A DNA stretch of 64,000 bases, taken from a virus (taxonomy: Duplodnaviria; Caudoviricetes). Both the position numbers and the translations under genes were made by a program. Below, in pieces: positions 7,597-16,552 of the stretch. Location: IMG/VR virus record IMGVR_UViG_3300042554_001750. One strand, given 5' to 3'. How positions within the stretch are numbered: the first letter of the stretch is position 1; each line of letters opens with the position of its first letter. Below the pieces are notes generated by a model. That model worked only from the letters and a program-made list of their open reading frames with translations, did not search any database and was not told the origin of the DNA.

Positions 7597-7603
7597 TATT
7601 TAT
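7597..7603 (-). promoter_or_regulatory. T4-like late promoter variant ATAAATA
   Basis: CAATAAATATT about 50 nt upstream of the porin ATG. Confidence 0.4.
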
Positions 7604-7691
7604 TGAGACAAAAAAATCCAAATACTTTTATAGTTTACACCAAGTATCTTACTATTATGCGTAATAAGTGCTTTTAGTTTATGGTTATATA

Positions 7692-8537
7692 TTACGGAAG
7701 TTTGTTTATGATATATTTAAAATTATTGCAACCAAATTTTTCTTCTAGTGGATATCTGAGCAATAGGTCATAGGGTCTTTTACTGGGTTTGTTTGAATAT
7801 TTAAGTTTGAGTCTATTTGAAATTTTATAGGCGTACTGGTCGTAAAAGTCTTTTACCCGTTCAAAACCTGTATATTTAGTGATTTGCGGTATAATCGGAA
7901 TTCCAACTGATTGCAATGATATTATCTTTTTGTTATATTGATTTGTTTCCTTATGATACTCGCTTGACAAATTCTGAGAAAGTTCATATATATTACTATA
8001 AGCAATTTCAGGCGTTTGTGATAAAAAGTAAGGAACAGTTGAGCGTTGTAAACTAGCATTATACAAACAAATGTTGTTATACCCAATAACTGCTTTAGCT
8101 TTGGTCAATCTATCCCCGCTAAAAATTACAGTTCCGTCCAGATGTTCAGTCATACCCAAGTGAGCACCAAAGTGCGGACTAGTTATTTTGTAAACGTCTG
8201 CCAGTCTGAAATATTCGTGTTCATAAAAACCTAGTAAATCAAAATCCAGATACTGGACTTCCATGTTTTCTCTGGCTGAAAAAACATCTAATGTTTCTAA
8301 ATCATGAGAGTTTAAATCTGTGTTATATCGGACGCTGGTGGGTATATAGTTTTTACCAAACCATTTCCAGGCTAATAAAACAGTTTGGCTATCTACACCA
8401 CCAGTGACCATTAAATGGTATGGTGGTTTATAATTAGCCATTATCTGCTTGACTGTTAACTCAAGCGCATCAATGGTGTTTGTATAGTTTACAGGAGTTG
8501 TAAAGTCTATAGTATCACTTGAAACTTTAAACCACAT
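7692..8537 (-). CDS. asparagine-synthetase/PP-loop-like adenine nucleotide alpha-hydrolase family protein
   Basis: LMVTGGVDSQ resembles the SGGxDS PP-loop; IFSGD downstream; remainder unrecognised. Confidence 0.5.
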   Translation of the reverse strand: MWFKVSSDTIDFTTPVNYTNTIDALELTVKQIMANYKPPYHLMVTGGVDSQTVLLAWKWFGKNYIPTSVRYNTDLNSHDLETLDVFSARENMEVQYLDFDLLGFYEHEYFRLADVYKITSPHFGAHLGMTEHLDGTVIFSGDRLTKAKAVIGYNNICLYNASLQRSTVPYFLSQTPEIAYSNIYELSQNLSSEYHKETNQYNKKIISLQSVGIPIIPQITKYTGFERVKDFYDQYAYKISNRLKLKYSNKPSKRPYDLLLRYPLEEKFGCNNFKYIINKLP

Positions 8538-8541
8538 TGTA

Positions 8542-10185
8542 TCAGAAACAACTACATCTGCCTTTCAATTCACAGCCAGGATCAAAATATATAGTACAGC
8601 CTCCGCCGACGCAGTTGTCAAAGCACCCGTCTAGAGTCTCACAAGGATCTAATGAACACTGGATAGATTGTAATTTAATGTTTAGAATAGGATCATTTTG
8701 TGCTAATGTGCTTAAATCAATACCGGAACGATAAGTCACGATTTCTAAATCATAATCTTGCAATGTTCCATTTCTGAATGTAGCTCTCAATGGTATTTTG
8801 ACATATTCGTAATCACTGGTATTGCTTGTAATTGCGGGTACAACTCCGTAAAGTTTTCCAGAAGAAGTTATTTTTAATCCTGCTGGCAAATCAATGTCAT
8901 ATTCAAATTTCTCTACTACTGAAGGAGAAAATATATTCAATATGTGAGGTTGACCTTCTTCAGCTTTTGTAAAAAGTGAATATGATAAGGTGCTTGATTG
9001 AAATTCTGAGTAGATTGAAGTTATTTTATTAACACTGCCTGCATATTTTGGATCAGTTAAATCCAACATATCTTGGCGGCTCAGTGATCCGCTGCTCATA
9101 TAGTAATTAGGAGATATTACTCCAATTAACTCAGGAAAATGCCATGTCATGTTATACGCCAATGCAGCCGAATGTAATGCTGCTGCAATACTAGTACCCG
9201 AAGCATTTCCTGTTGTGCCGCCTGGAATCGCTACAAAAATGTCTTTTCCAGGAGCCCATCCATCTAAAGCACCGTGATTAGTGTCGCCATTCGTTAATGA
9301 GATTGCGCTACTTCCGGTATAATTAGAGAATGAGCATGGTCTGAAATCACTGTCATATGCTCCTATTGTCAATACGTCATTCATTGAAGCAGGAGTAGCA
9401 TTATCTATAGGCATTCCACTGTTTCCGGCTGCGCAAACAAATAGTATACCAGCATCTATCATCTGCTGTATTTTGTTTTCAATTAGTAAATTTTTATCAA
9501 TGGTCCAGCTACAGTTAACAATAGCGCCATTGTTACTAGAATTTAGAAAATTTGTAACGAAATCATCAAAAATCGCATCTAATGCAGAAAGCAGGTCACT
9601 TTGCTTGGTAGCAACACCACTCTGGAAGATTTTTACTCCCTTAACTTTGGCATTAGTAATACCGCATGTGCGGCCGGCTATAACGCTAGCAATAGCAGTA
9701 CCGTGACCATTTGTGTCATTGTTGCTAGATGTATCGTTGACAAAGCTCCAAAGATTTGTTACATCACTGCCAACAAAATCCGGATGTGTAGTATCTATTC
9801 CACTGTCTAATACATATACTGTACTATTAGCACCTCTGCGATCTATTCTCGTAATAGGTTCTTCTAAATTGATATTGGCCAATGAATAGGCTTTCCACCA
9901 GTTTCGGTCTAGTGTATTATCAAATTCTAAAATGTCACCTGTTAAGGTATTTTTTCCGTATGTTTCATCTAAAATAACCACATGAGAATGCAAACTTACC
10001 GGATTATCTTCATCAGCAACTAAGTGTTCAACAATGTCAGCCATCGTCGGTATGGCTGTAGTTTCTACTAAATAGATACCCTCAAATCTATTAAAAACTT
10101 TGATTATAGTTGCAGAAATAGATTCTAAATAGTGATTTATTTCTTCTTGAGTAACGTTGGCTTTAAAGTCAATTATATATTTCAT
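8542..10185 (-). CDS. subtilisin-like S8 serine protease with prodomain, Ig-like segment and Cys-rich C-terminal tail
   Basis: Triad motifs VLDSG, NGHGTAIAS, SGTSIAA; oxyanion CAAGN; LPAGLKITSSGKLYG (He_PIG-like); tail with 8 Cys; no signal peptide. Confidence 0.88.
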   Translation of the reverse strand: MKYIIDFKANVTQEEINHYLESISATIIKVFNRFEGIYLVETTAIPTMADIVEHLVADEDNPVSLHSHVVILDETYGKNTLTGDILEFDNTLDRNWWKAYSLANINLEEPITRIDRRGANSTVYVLDSGIDTTHPDFVGSDVTNLWSFVNDTSSNNDTNGHGTAIASVIAGRTCGITNAKVKGVKIFQSGVATKQSDLLSALDAIFDDFVTNFLNSSNNGAIVNCSWTIDKNLLIENKIQQMIDAGILFVCAAGNSGMPIDNATPASMNDVLTIGAYDSDFRPCSFSNYTGSSAISLTNGDTNHGALDGWAPGKDIFVAIPGGTTGNASGTSIAAALHSAALAYNMTWHFPELIGVISPNYYMSSGSLSRQDMLDLTDPKYAGSVNKITSIYSEFQSSTLSYSLFTKAEEGQPHILNIFSPSVVEKFEYDIDLPAGLKITSSGKLYGVVPAITSNTSDYEYVKIPLRATFRNGTLQDYDLEIVTYRSGIDLSTLAQNDPILNIKLQSIQCSLDPCETLDGCFDNCVGGGCTIYFDPGCELKGRCSCF

Positions 10186-10205
10186 CTGGATGTCCTCACT
10201 ATTAT

Positions 10206-10460
10206 TTAGTCTAGATTTTCTGTTTTATCCGAATTCACGACTGCAATCGGTAACCACTTTTTTTGTGGGCAGGAAACACTAGGTATATAAGTTTTCACGG
10301 GCATATAACAACCGCAAAGTTTGCAAAAATCAGTAGAATGAAACTGGTCACAAGTCTTGCAAATTTCCAAACGTTGATTTCTTTGTTCTTCGGGCAGTTT
10401 TATATTATCAACAACAGTTTGTGCGGTTTGTGCGAGTTTTTGCTTTAACTTTTCTAGCAT
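10206..10460 (-). CDS. small Cys-rich putative metal-binding protein (DUF6171-like)
   Basis: RLEICKTC...CKLCGCYMPVK...SCPQKKW pattern. Confidence 0.7.
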   Translation of the reverse strand: MLEKLKQKLAQTAQTVVDNIKLPEEQRNQRLEICKTCDQFHSTDFCKLCGCYMPVKTYIPSVSCPQKKWLPIAVVNSDKTENLD

Positions 10461-10480
10461 CGTTGATCCTCTATTATATG

Positions 10481-10488
10481 TATTTATA
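10481..10488 (-). promoter_or_regulatory. T4 late promoter consensus TATAAATA
   Basis: Exact TATAAATA 21 nt upstream of the ATG at 10460; AGAGGA RBS follows. Confidence 0.65.
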
Positions 10489-10532
10489 GTATTAGTAAAT
10501 GTAGATTTTTATATGATCATGACCATCAGTTT

Positions 10533-10560
10533 AAAAAAAGGAGGCTTAAGCCCCCTTTTT
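10533..10560 (-). terminator. rho-independent terminator after the tmRNA coding piece
   Basis: AAAAAGGGGGC-TTAA-GCCTCCTTTTTTT. Confidence 0.8.
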
Positions 10561-10721
10561 GGTTAGTTTGGTAACAAGGTCTTTCCTACCCCGTCTCAAG
10601 CTCAAGCGGCTAGAGCAAATACCTCATCGTTTGCAGGTATAAGTTTTGCTTGATTTACGGTCATCGCCTACCGTGCTGTCCACTCTGTTACTCTTTGCCC
10701 TGTCGAAACCATGACTGGCCC
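10561..10721 (-). ncRNA. ssrA: tmRNA coding piece (permuted, two-piece tmRNA); tag ANDEVFALAA at 10634-10602
   Basis: Begins GGGCCAGTCATGGTTTCGACAGGG; pk1-like CACGGTAGGCGATGACCGT; resume codon GCA and tag ANDEVFALAA-TGA; 3' end approximate. Confidence 0.9.
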
Positions 10722-10722
10722 A

Positions 10723-10797
10723 TCATAAAAGGACTATAGCAAAAACTACTAAAACTACAGTTATACCAAACAACCATTTTACTACTTCGTCGTTCAT
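10723..10797 (-). CDS. 24-aa hydrophobic peptide inside the tmRNA intervening segment
   Basis: AAAGGGA then ATG: MNDEVVKWLFGITVVLVVFAIVLL*; fills the spacer and stops 1 nt before tmRNA G1. Confidence 0.5.
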   Translation of the reverse strand: MNDEVVKWLFGITVVLVVFAIVLL

Positions 10798-10809
10798 ATA
10801 ATCCCTTTA

Positions 10810-10872
10810 TGGTGGACCAGGCGGGAGTCGAACCCGCGTCCAGAACACTTTTCTCTTTGCTTCATACAGCAA
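10810..10872 (-). ncRNA. ssrA: tmRNA acceptor piece (T-arm, acceptor strand, encoded CCA)
   Basis: GCGGG-TTCGACT-CCCGC T-arm then CTGGTCC-A-CCA; pairs with GGGCCAG giving G3:U70; TGTTCTG pairs with CAGGGCA; 5' end approximate. Confidence 0.9.
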
Positions 10873-10886
10873 TAATCTTTATGTTA

Positions 10887-13800
10887 TCATGACTTGTATT
10901 TATTTGTAAAGTACTGATTTAACCATTCCCATTCGTATGTTAATTTCAATTTGGCAAAATCGTCTTTATTGTTTTCATAATACTCATAAGCATCATTTGC
11001 ACCCATTAATGCATACTCACTAAAGTCACCCTCAGCCTTTGCTAACCAAGTATGCAAACGTGTTTGACTCATATAGTCTTGCTCATCATTACACAGTTTA
11101 ATTACTTCTCTGAATGCAGTTCTCCAAGTGCTATATGGGTCTGTATTGAACATTGCAGTTCCCGAATTGATTTCTACTACTTCATGGTTGTCATCAAGTG
11201 TAAAGTCTAATCCTTTACCGGTGTTATTCAATGTCATTATCTTGTTATAGGCAATCATAGCTTGGTGACCATATACTAACCCGTTCACAGGATTAGTAGC
11301 GTGAAAAATATAATGCTTTGACTTTTGAAGCCTGTCAGGTTGCCAGTTCCAATCAAAATTGTCGTCTACTTTTAACTTAGCAAATACCGTAAAGAACCAC
11401 GGCGTAGTGCTTACATTTGCTGCGGCATGGTACGCATTTACTCTTCCATTTACCCCATCAACGCGGACAACTTTGTTCTTTTTACCTTTGGTTACTTTTA
11501 ATAGATGTTCGTAGTTTTCTTCTGCGTTACTTTCACCATTGCTTAAAAATACAATGTCTAACGGATTGCTTTGTAATGGCTTGTAAGATTTTTTAATATA
11601 GGGATAATCATATAATTCTTCTTTTACATATTTTATAGCATCTTTAGGAACTATTATTCTTGTTCCACCTGTAGTAGTTACTAGAATAGTTTTAGAACTT
11701 TCAGACCATAAACTAATAGGTTTCTCATCCTTGATATTAATATTTCTATGGTCGTTAGTTTTAAAAACTGCATAAGGGAACTTAAAGTTTTTATCTATAG
11801 ATCCAACATGACTGTCACTAGTAATAAATTCAGGCGGATTGATTCTAGTGACTGATTGATGCTCATTGAAATTGATACTTGGATAATTTTCTAATGAAGA
11901 AATGTCATTTATGAACTTGCGCAATAATTCAACATTTACTAAAAAGGTATCACCATATTTTTGTCTGTCACTAGGAAACACATGCAATTGTTCCTGCGCA
12001 AAGGGATCGCAAATATAACTGAAATCAAATTTATCGTAATGACATATTGAATTACATACCCAAATAAACTGATCCTTTTTATCTTCTAACAGATTAAGAA
12101 TCTTTTCAAATGTTTTATGATAGGTGTCTACAAAATCAATAGTATGTAATTTTCTATTCCCAATTTTTTCTGTAATGTCGTATATGATATCAACCGATTC
12201 GTAGTTTCCGTGATCTATCAAATATACATCATATAGACAATCAGTAGCCTTTGCTCTTTTACTTTTTACTAAGTTTATAGTATTGAGGTGCTCAATAACT
12301 TTAACATACTTGGTATCTTCTAAAAAGGTTTCTGAATTAATGACATAAGTATTTCCCCAATGATTCCATTGAGTACCAAACACATGAATCATTTTGATTT
12401 GCCATGGACTTGGATAAAAATCAAAAGTAAAATCAGAATAATCTAATTCGCTATTCAATACCCAAAATAATTTTGTTTCTGTTTTGCGAATGCATCTTGC
12501 GATTGTTTCAACCCAGTTGTTGAAGAATCTTGTTTTTTGAAGCTTGGGATATAACTCTTTAAGTTTATTGAAACGAATATTACTTTCTAGGTTACCTTTA
12601 TCAATAAAAAACATACTCAAATTAGTATCTGTTTGAACTTGATGTTCTTCAACATAGTTATATTCTTTATAGCCCAACAAATACAACGGAGCATTGATGT
12701 AGTAGGTTTGTGTGTTCTTACTATATTCATTACCGAACACATTTATGTGTCTAAAGTTTTGTTCAGTTGGCCTCCAACTAAAATCAAACTTATCATAGTT
12801 TAAATCAGGGTTTAGTGCCCAAAATACTTCTTCAGGATGTTGATTAATCAAATCTTCTAATGTAGTCGTAATATAATATTTGTTTACTGTTGTCTTTTTA
12901 CTTTCATTAGAACGTTCCATCAATACAACTTCCGTAGCACCAGGCACTGTGTATCTAGGGCCATTGTTAGCCCACTGATATATTTGAGGCGGACTATGAG
13001 GATTAGGTCTCCATGTAAAATCAAATGTTTCTAAATCATCAGTATTGTTAACGCTCCACAAATTTAGTTGTGCAGCAGGAACAGCTACCGGTTCTAACAT
13101 ATATTTTTTATCTGTTGCTCCCTCTACATGATATTCAACAGTGGGTTCAGTAGATGCATCATTCCATTTATTACCAAACACATATATGTAGGGAGGTGAC
13201 TTGGGATCAGGTCTCCAACTAAAATCAAAACTTTCAATTGGTAGTAATTTTTTCCAATGATTTTCTGTCGCAGTAGATTTTACTAATGCTTTGATGTTAT
13301 CAATGTATGTGTATTCTGTAGCTCCGGGACAATGATACTCAACAGTTGGTTCTTGAAGTGCATCATTCCATTGATTACCAAACACATAGATATAAGGAGG
13401 ACTATGTGGATTAGGTCTCCAGCTATAATCAAAACTTTCTATGTCTATTAATGTTTTCCAATACTGTTGTGTTTTACTAACTTTAGCAATTATGTTAGTA
13501 ATATACTTTTTGTCAGTGGCCCCATGAACTGTGTACAGTACCGTAGGCTCAGTCATAGCATCGTGCCATTGATTGCCAAACACATAGATATAAGGAGGAC
13601 TGCCGGGTTCGGGTCTCCAACTAAAATCAAAATCTTCTACTGGAATCAACACACTCCAATTATCCATGTCGGGCAATGTTTTCGCAAATCTGTCATTCAT
13701 GTATTTGCGTTCAGATGCCCCTTCACAGTGATATTCAATAGTTGGTTCTGTTTCAGCATTGTTACTTTGATTACCCCATACATAGATATATGCTGGTTCT

Positions 13801-16544
13801 CTTGGGTCAGGTCTCCATGTGAAATCAAAACTATCTTTGTCTATAGGTATAAGAATATTATATCTATCATATTCGGGTAGAACGTCAGTATTGCCCATGT
13901 ACTTAATTTCTGTGGCGCCATCACAATGATATTCAATTGTAGATTTTAGTTCACCGGGTATCCACTTGTTACCCCACACATAGATGTATGCTGGCTCTCT
14001 TGGGTCTGGCCGCCAAGTAAAGTCAAAGTTTGTTACCTTTTGTACTTCCTTCCATCTATCATATTCGGGCAATATATCAACAGGTTCTTGAATATATTTG
14101 TACTCAGTAGCCCCTTCCATGTGATATTCTAATGTGGATTTAAGTTCAGGTCTTATCCACTTGTTGCCCCAGACATAGATATATGCAGGTTCTCTTGGAT
14201 CTGGTCTCCAACTTAAATCAAATTTTGCTTTATCAATTGGTTGAATTTCTTTCCACTTAGACAGTTCAGGTAACACTTCAATATCACCCATATACTTTCT
14301 TTCAGTGGCATTTGGCGCTTTATATTCTAAAGTAGGTTTCAATTCAGCCTTGATCCATTTATTTCCCCATGTGTAAATATACGCAGGCTCTCTTGGATCT
14401 GGTCTCCAAGCAAAATCAAATTTAGATTTATCTATTTGCTGATGTTCAACCCAACGGTCATGTTCGGGCAATACTTCAACATTTCCCATATATTTGTATT
14501 CAGTTGCACCGGGGGTGTGATATTCAACAGTAGGTCGTAATTCTCCCGGTATATATTTGTTACCCCATACGTAAATATACGGGGGACTAGTAGGATTGGG
14601 TCTCCAACTAAAGTCAAATTTTTCTTTGTCAATTTGTTGATGTATTTCCCACTTATCTAGCTCGGGTAATACTTCAACATTGCCCATATACTTGCGTTCA
14701 GTTGCTCCATCTACATAATATTCAAGTGTTGGGTGAACCTCAGCCGGCACGTGCTTATTACCCCATGTGTAAATGTAAGCAGGTTCTCTTGGATCTGGTA
14801 TCCAAGTAAAATCAAAATTTTGTATGGATGCATGTATTTTATAGTTGTCCCAATTTGGTAATACTGGAACCTCTCCCATGTATTTTCTATCTGTCGCACC
14901 GGGCACAACATATTCAAGCGTAGGTTTTAATTCAGCAGAAACATACTTATTCCCCCAAGTATAGATATATGCTGGTTCTCTTGGATCGGGGCGCCATGCC
15001 ATGTCAAACTGTGTTTTATCAACTGGAATGTGCATTATCCATTTTTCAAGTTCCGGGACAACATCAACATCTCCCATGTACTTTCTTTCTGTAGCACCTT
15101 CTACATAATATTCTATTGTAGGCTGTATTTCCCCGGGTATATATTTGTTACCCCAAACATAGACATAAGCGGGTTCACGAGGATCTGGTCTCCAGGCTAG
15201 ATCAAAATTAGTTACTAAATGATGTATTTTCCATTTGTCTGTTTCCGGGAGAACCTCAACATCTCCCATGTACTTTCGTTCAGTAGCCCCGGGGGTGTGA
15301 TATTCTAGGGTTGGTTTTATTTCTCCAGGTATATATTTATTACCCCAGACATAAACATAAGCAGGTTCTCTTGGGTCAGGTCGCCATGTCAAATCAAAGG
15401 TGTTCTTTTGATATACGATCCATTTATTATATTCAGGCACAACCTCAACATCTCCCATGTACTTTCGTTCAGTAGCGCCAGGAGTGTGGTATTCTAGAGT
15501 TGGTGATATTTCAGCAGATACAAACTTATTCCCCCAAGTATAGATATATGCTGGTTCTCTTGGATCAGGCCTCCAAGTAAAGTCAAAATTTTTAACTTCA
15601 CTGTATATTTTCCATAACTCAGTTTGGGGCAAGACCGGGGCAGGATCATTCATGTATTTTTTATCTATTGCACCATCTACATGATATTCAATGGTTGAAT
15701 GAAGTTCAGCGGGAACCCACTTATTACCCCATACATAAATGTATGCAGGACTCGTTGGATCAGGTATCCAACTAAAGTCAAATAAATCTAGATTTATTGG
15801 ATCATTGATTACCCACTTGTCATATTTGGGAATCAATCTAACCGTGTCTGACATATATTTTTTTTCTGTCGCACCGGGTGCACGGTACTCTACTGTAGGA
15901 GATATCGCCCCGGAAACCCATTTGTTACCCCATACATAGATATAAGGAGGTTCATGCTCGTCTGGCATCCAAGTAAAGTCAAACAGTTTCTCATCTATTG
16001 GTTTATGAATCACCCAATTATCCCAATCAGGGACTGCTGTTGCTAATTGCGTGTCCACAAATTTAATAACGGTTGCGCCGGGTACAATATATCTAGGTCC
16101 ACCTGTTTTGCGCCACTGAGAACTAAACTGATAGATAAAAGGAGGATCAGTTGTATCAGGATGCCAGCTAAAATCAAACAACTTTTCATCTATAGGATAT
16201 GGAATTACCCAGTTATCAGATTTTAATTTTGTTCTTTTAACACAATCAACATCATTTCTATAAATGATACAGGGATTTTGATTGTCTGTATTAACTAACC
16301 AAGTCCCGCTATCTTTCTGATGCTGGCTGGGCCAAACATTGATATGATCTTCTGCCCACACATCTTCGTCAGGTAGAAAATCAAAATCAAAATCCCAATC
16401 AAAATTGCGATAATCACTAAACTCGTTGATTATCCAAAAATGTTCTGTAGTAGATTGGTTTCTAGCATCTGCTAAATCTTTAGCAAACTTTTCTCTAGGA
16501 TGGACGTTTGGTTTTTTACCGTAATAAAATACATCTCTCAGCAT
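10887..16544 (-). CDS. 1885-aa protein: tandem ~60-aa W/P/Y-rich repeats plus C-terminal glycosyltransferase-like domain
   Basis: ORF track; C-terminal DIVFLS..E..AEENY, RVDGVNGR..AY.AAA, NPVNGLVYGH, WRTAFREV resembles ORF 33284-34243. Confidence 0.75.
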   Translation of the reverse strand: MLRDVFYYGKKPNVHPREKFAKDLADARNQSTTEHFWIINEFSDYRNFDWDFDFDFLPDEDVWAEDHINVWPSQHQKDSGTWLVNTDNQNPCIIYRNDVDCVKRTKLKSDNWVIPYPIDEKLFDFSWHPDTTDPPFIYQFSSQWRKTGGPRYIVPGATVIKFVDTQLATAVPDWDNWVIHKPIDEKLFDFTWMPDEHEPPYIYVWGNKWVSGAISPTVEYRAPGATEKKYMSDTVRLIPKYDKWVINDPINLDLFDFSWIPDPTSPAYIYVWGNKWVPAELHSTIEYHVDGAIDKKYMNDPAPVLPQTELWKIYSEVKNFDFTWRPDPREPAYIYTWGNKFVSAEISPTLEYHTPGATERKYMGDVEVVPEYNKWIVYQKNTFDLTWRPDPREPAYVYVWGNKYIPGEIKPTLEYHTPGATERKYMGDVEVLPETDKWKIHHLVTNFDLAWRPDPREPAYVYVWGNKYIPGEIQPTIEYYVEGATERKYMGDVDVVPELEKWIMHIPVDKTQFDMAWRPDPREPAYIYTWGNKYVSAELKPTLEYVVPGATDRKYMGEVPVLPNWDNYKIHASIQNFDFTWIPDPREPAYIYTWGNKHVPAEVHPTLEYYVDGATERKYMGNVEVLPELDKWEIHQQIDKEKFDFSWRPNPTSPPYIYVWGNKYIPGELRPTVEYHTPGATEYKYMGNVEVLPEHDRWVEHQQIDKSKFDFAWRPDPREPAYIYTWGNKWIKAELKPTLEYKAPNATERKYMGDIEVLPELSKWKEIQPIDKAKFDLSWRPDPREPAYIYVWGNKWIRPELKSTLEYHMEGATEYKYIQEPVDILPEYDRWKEVQKVTNFDFTWRPDPREPAYIYVWGNKWIPGELKSTIEYHCDGATEIKYMGNTDVLPEYDRYNILIPIDKDSFDFTWRPDPREPAYIYVWGNQSNNAETEPTIEYHCEGASERKYMNDRFAKTLPDMDNWSVLIPVEDFDFSWRPEPGSPPYIYVFGNQWHDAMTEPTVLYTVHGATDKKYITNIIAKVSKTQQYWKTLIDIESFDYSWRPNPHSPPYIYVFGNQWNDALQEPTVEYHCPGATEYTYIDNIKALVKSTATENHWKKLLPIESFDFSWRPDPKSPPYIYVFGNKWNDASTEPTVEYHVEGATDKKYMLEPVAVPAAQLNLWSVNNTDDLETFDFTWRPNPHSPPQIYQWANNGPRYTVPGATEVVLMERSNESKKTTVNKYYITTTLEDLINQHPEEVFWALNPDLNYDKFDFSWRPTEQNFRHINVFGNEYSKNTQTYYINAPLYLLGYKEYNYVEEHQVQTDTNLSMFFIDKGNLESNIRFNKLKELYPKLQKTRFFNNWVETIARCIRKTETKLFWVLNSELDYSDFTFDFYPSPWQIKMIHVFGTQWNHWGNTYVINSETFLEDTKYVKVIEHLNTINLVKSKRAKATDCLYDVYLIDHGNYESVDIIYDITEKIGNRKLHTIDFVDTYHKTFEKILNLLEDKKDQFIWVCNSICHYDKFDFSYICDPFAQEQLHVFPSDRQKYGDTFLVNVELLRKFINDISSLENYPSINFNEHQSVTRINPPEFITSDSHVGSIDKNFKFPYAVFKTNDHRNINIKDEKPISLWSESSKTILVTTTGGTRIIVPKDAIKYVKEELYDYPYIKKSYKPLQSNPLDIVFLSNGESNAEENYEHLLKVTKGKKNKVVRVDGVNGRVNAYHAAANVSTTPWFFTVFAKLKVDDNFDWNWQPDRLQKSKHYIFHATNPVNGLVYGHQAMIAYNKIMTLNNTGKGLDFTLDDNHEVVEINSGTAMFNTDPYSTWRTAFREVIKLCNDEQDYMSQTRLHTWLAKAEGDFSEYALMGANDAYEYYENNKDDFAKLKLTYEWEWLNQYFTNKYKS
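10897..10903 (-). promoter_or_regulatory. ATAAATA late-promoter variant upstream of the tmRNA
   Basis: Motif in the last codons of the 1885-aa gene, about 25-30 nt upstream of the acceptor piece. Confidence 0.35.
12935..16210 (-). repeat. coding tandem repeat, 17 copies of a ~180-nt unit
   Basis: Unit FDF(S/T)WRPDPREPAYIYVWGNK....(P)TLEYH.PGATE.KYM counted 17 times; 3-4 more degenerate copies downstream. Confidence 0.9.
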
Positions 16545-16552
16545 TTTATTAC

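Noticed and set aside
10810-10845. tRNA gene suggested by a TTCGA T-loop and CCA end
   Set aside because: No D-arm or anticodon arm upstream; the complementary 5' acceptor strand lies downstream with a tag ORF, so it is the tmRNA acceptor piece
12935-16210. CRISPR array or diversity-generating retroelement suggested by direct repeats
   Set aside because: Repeats are in-frame ~180-nt coding units with no spacer structure; differences are not adenine-specific; no cas or reverse transcriptase genes in the window
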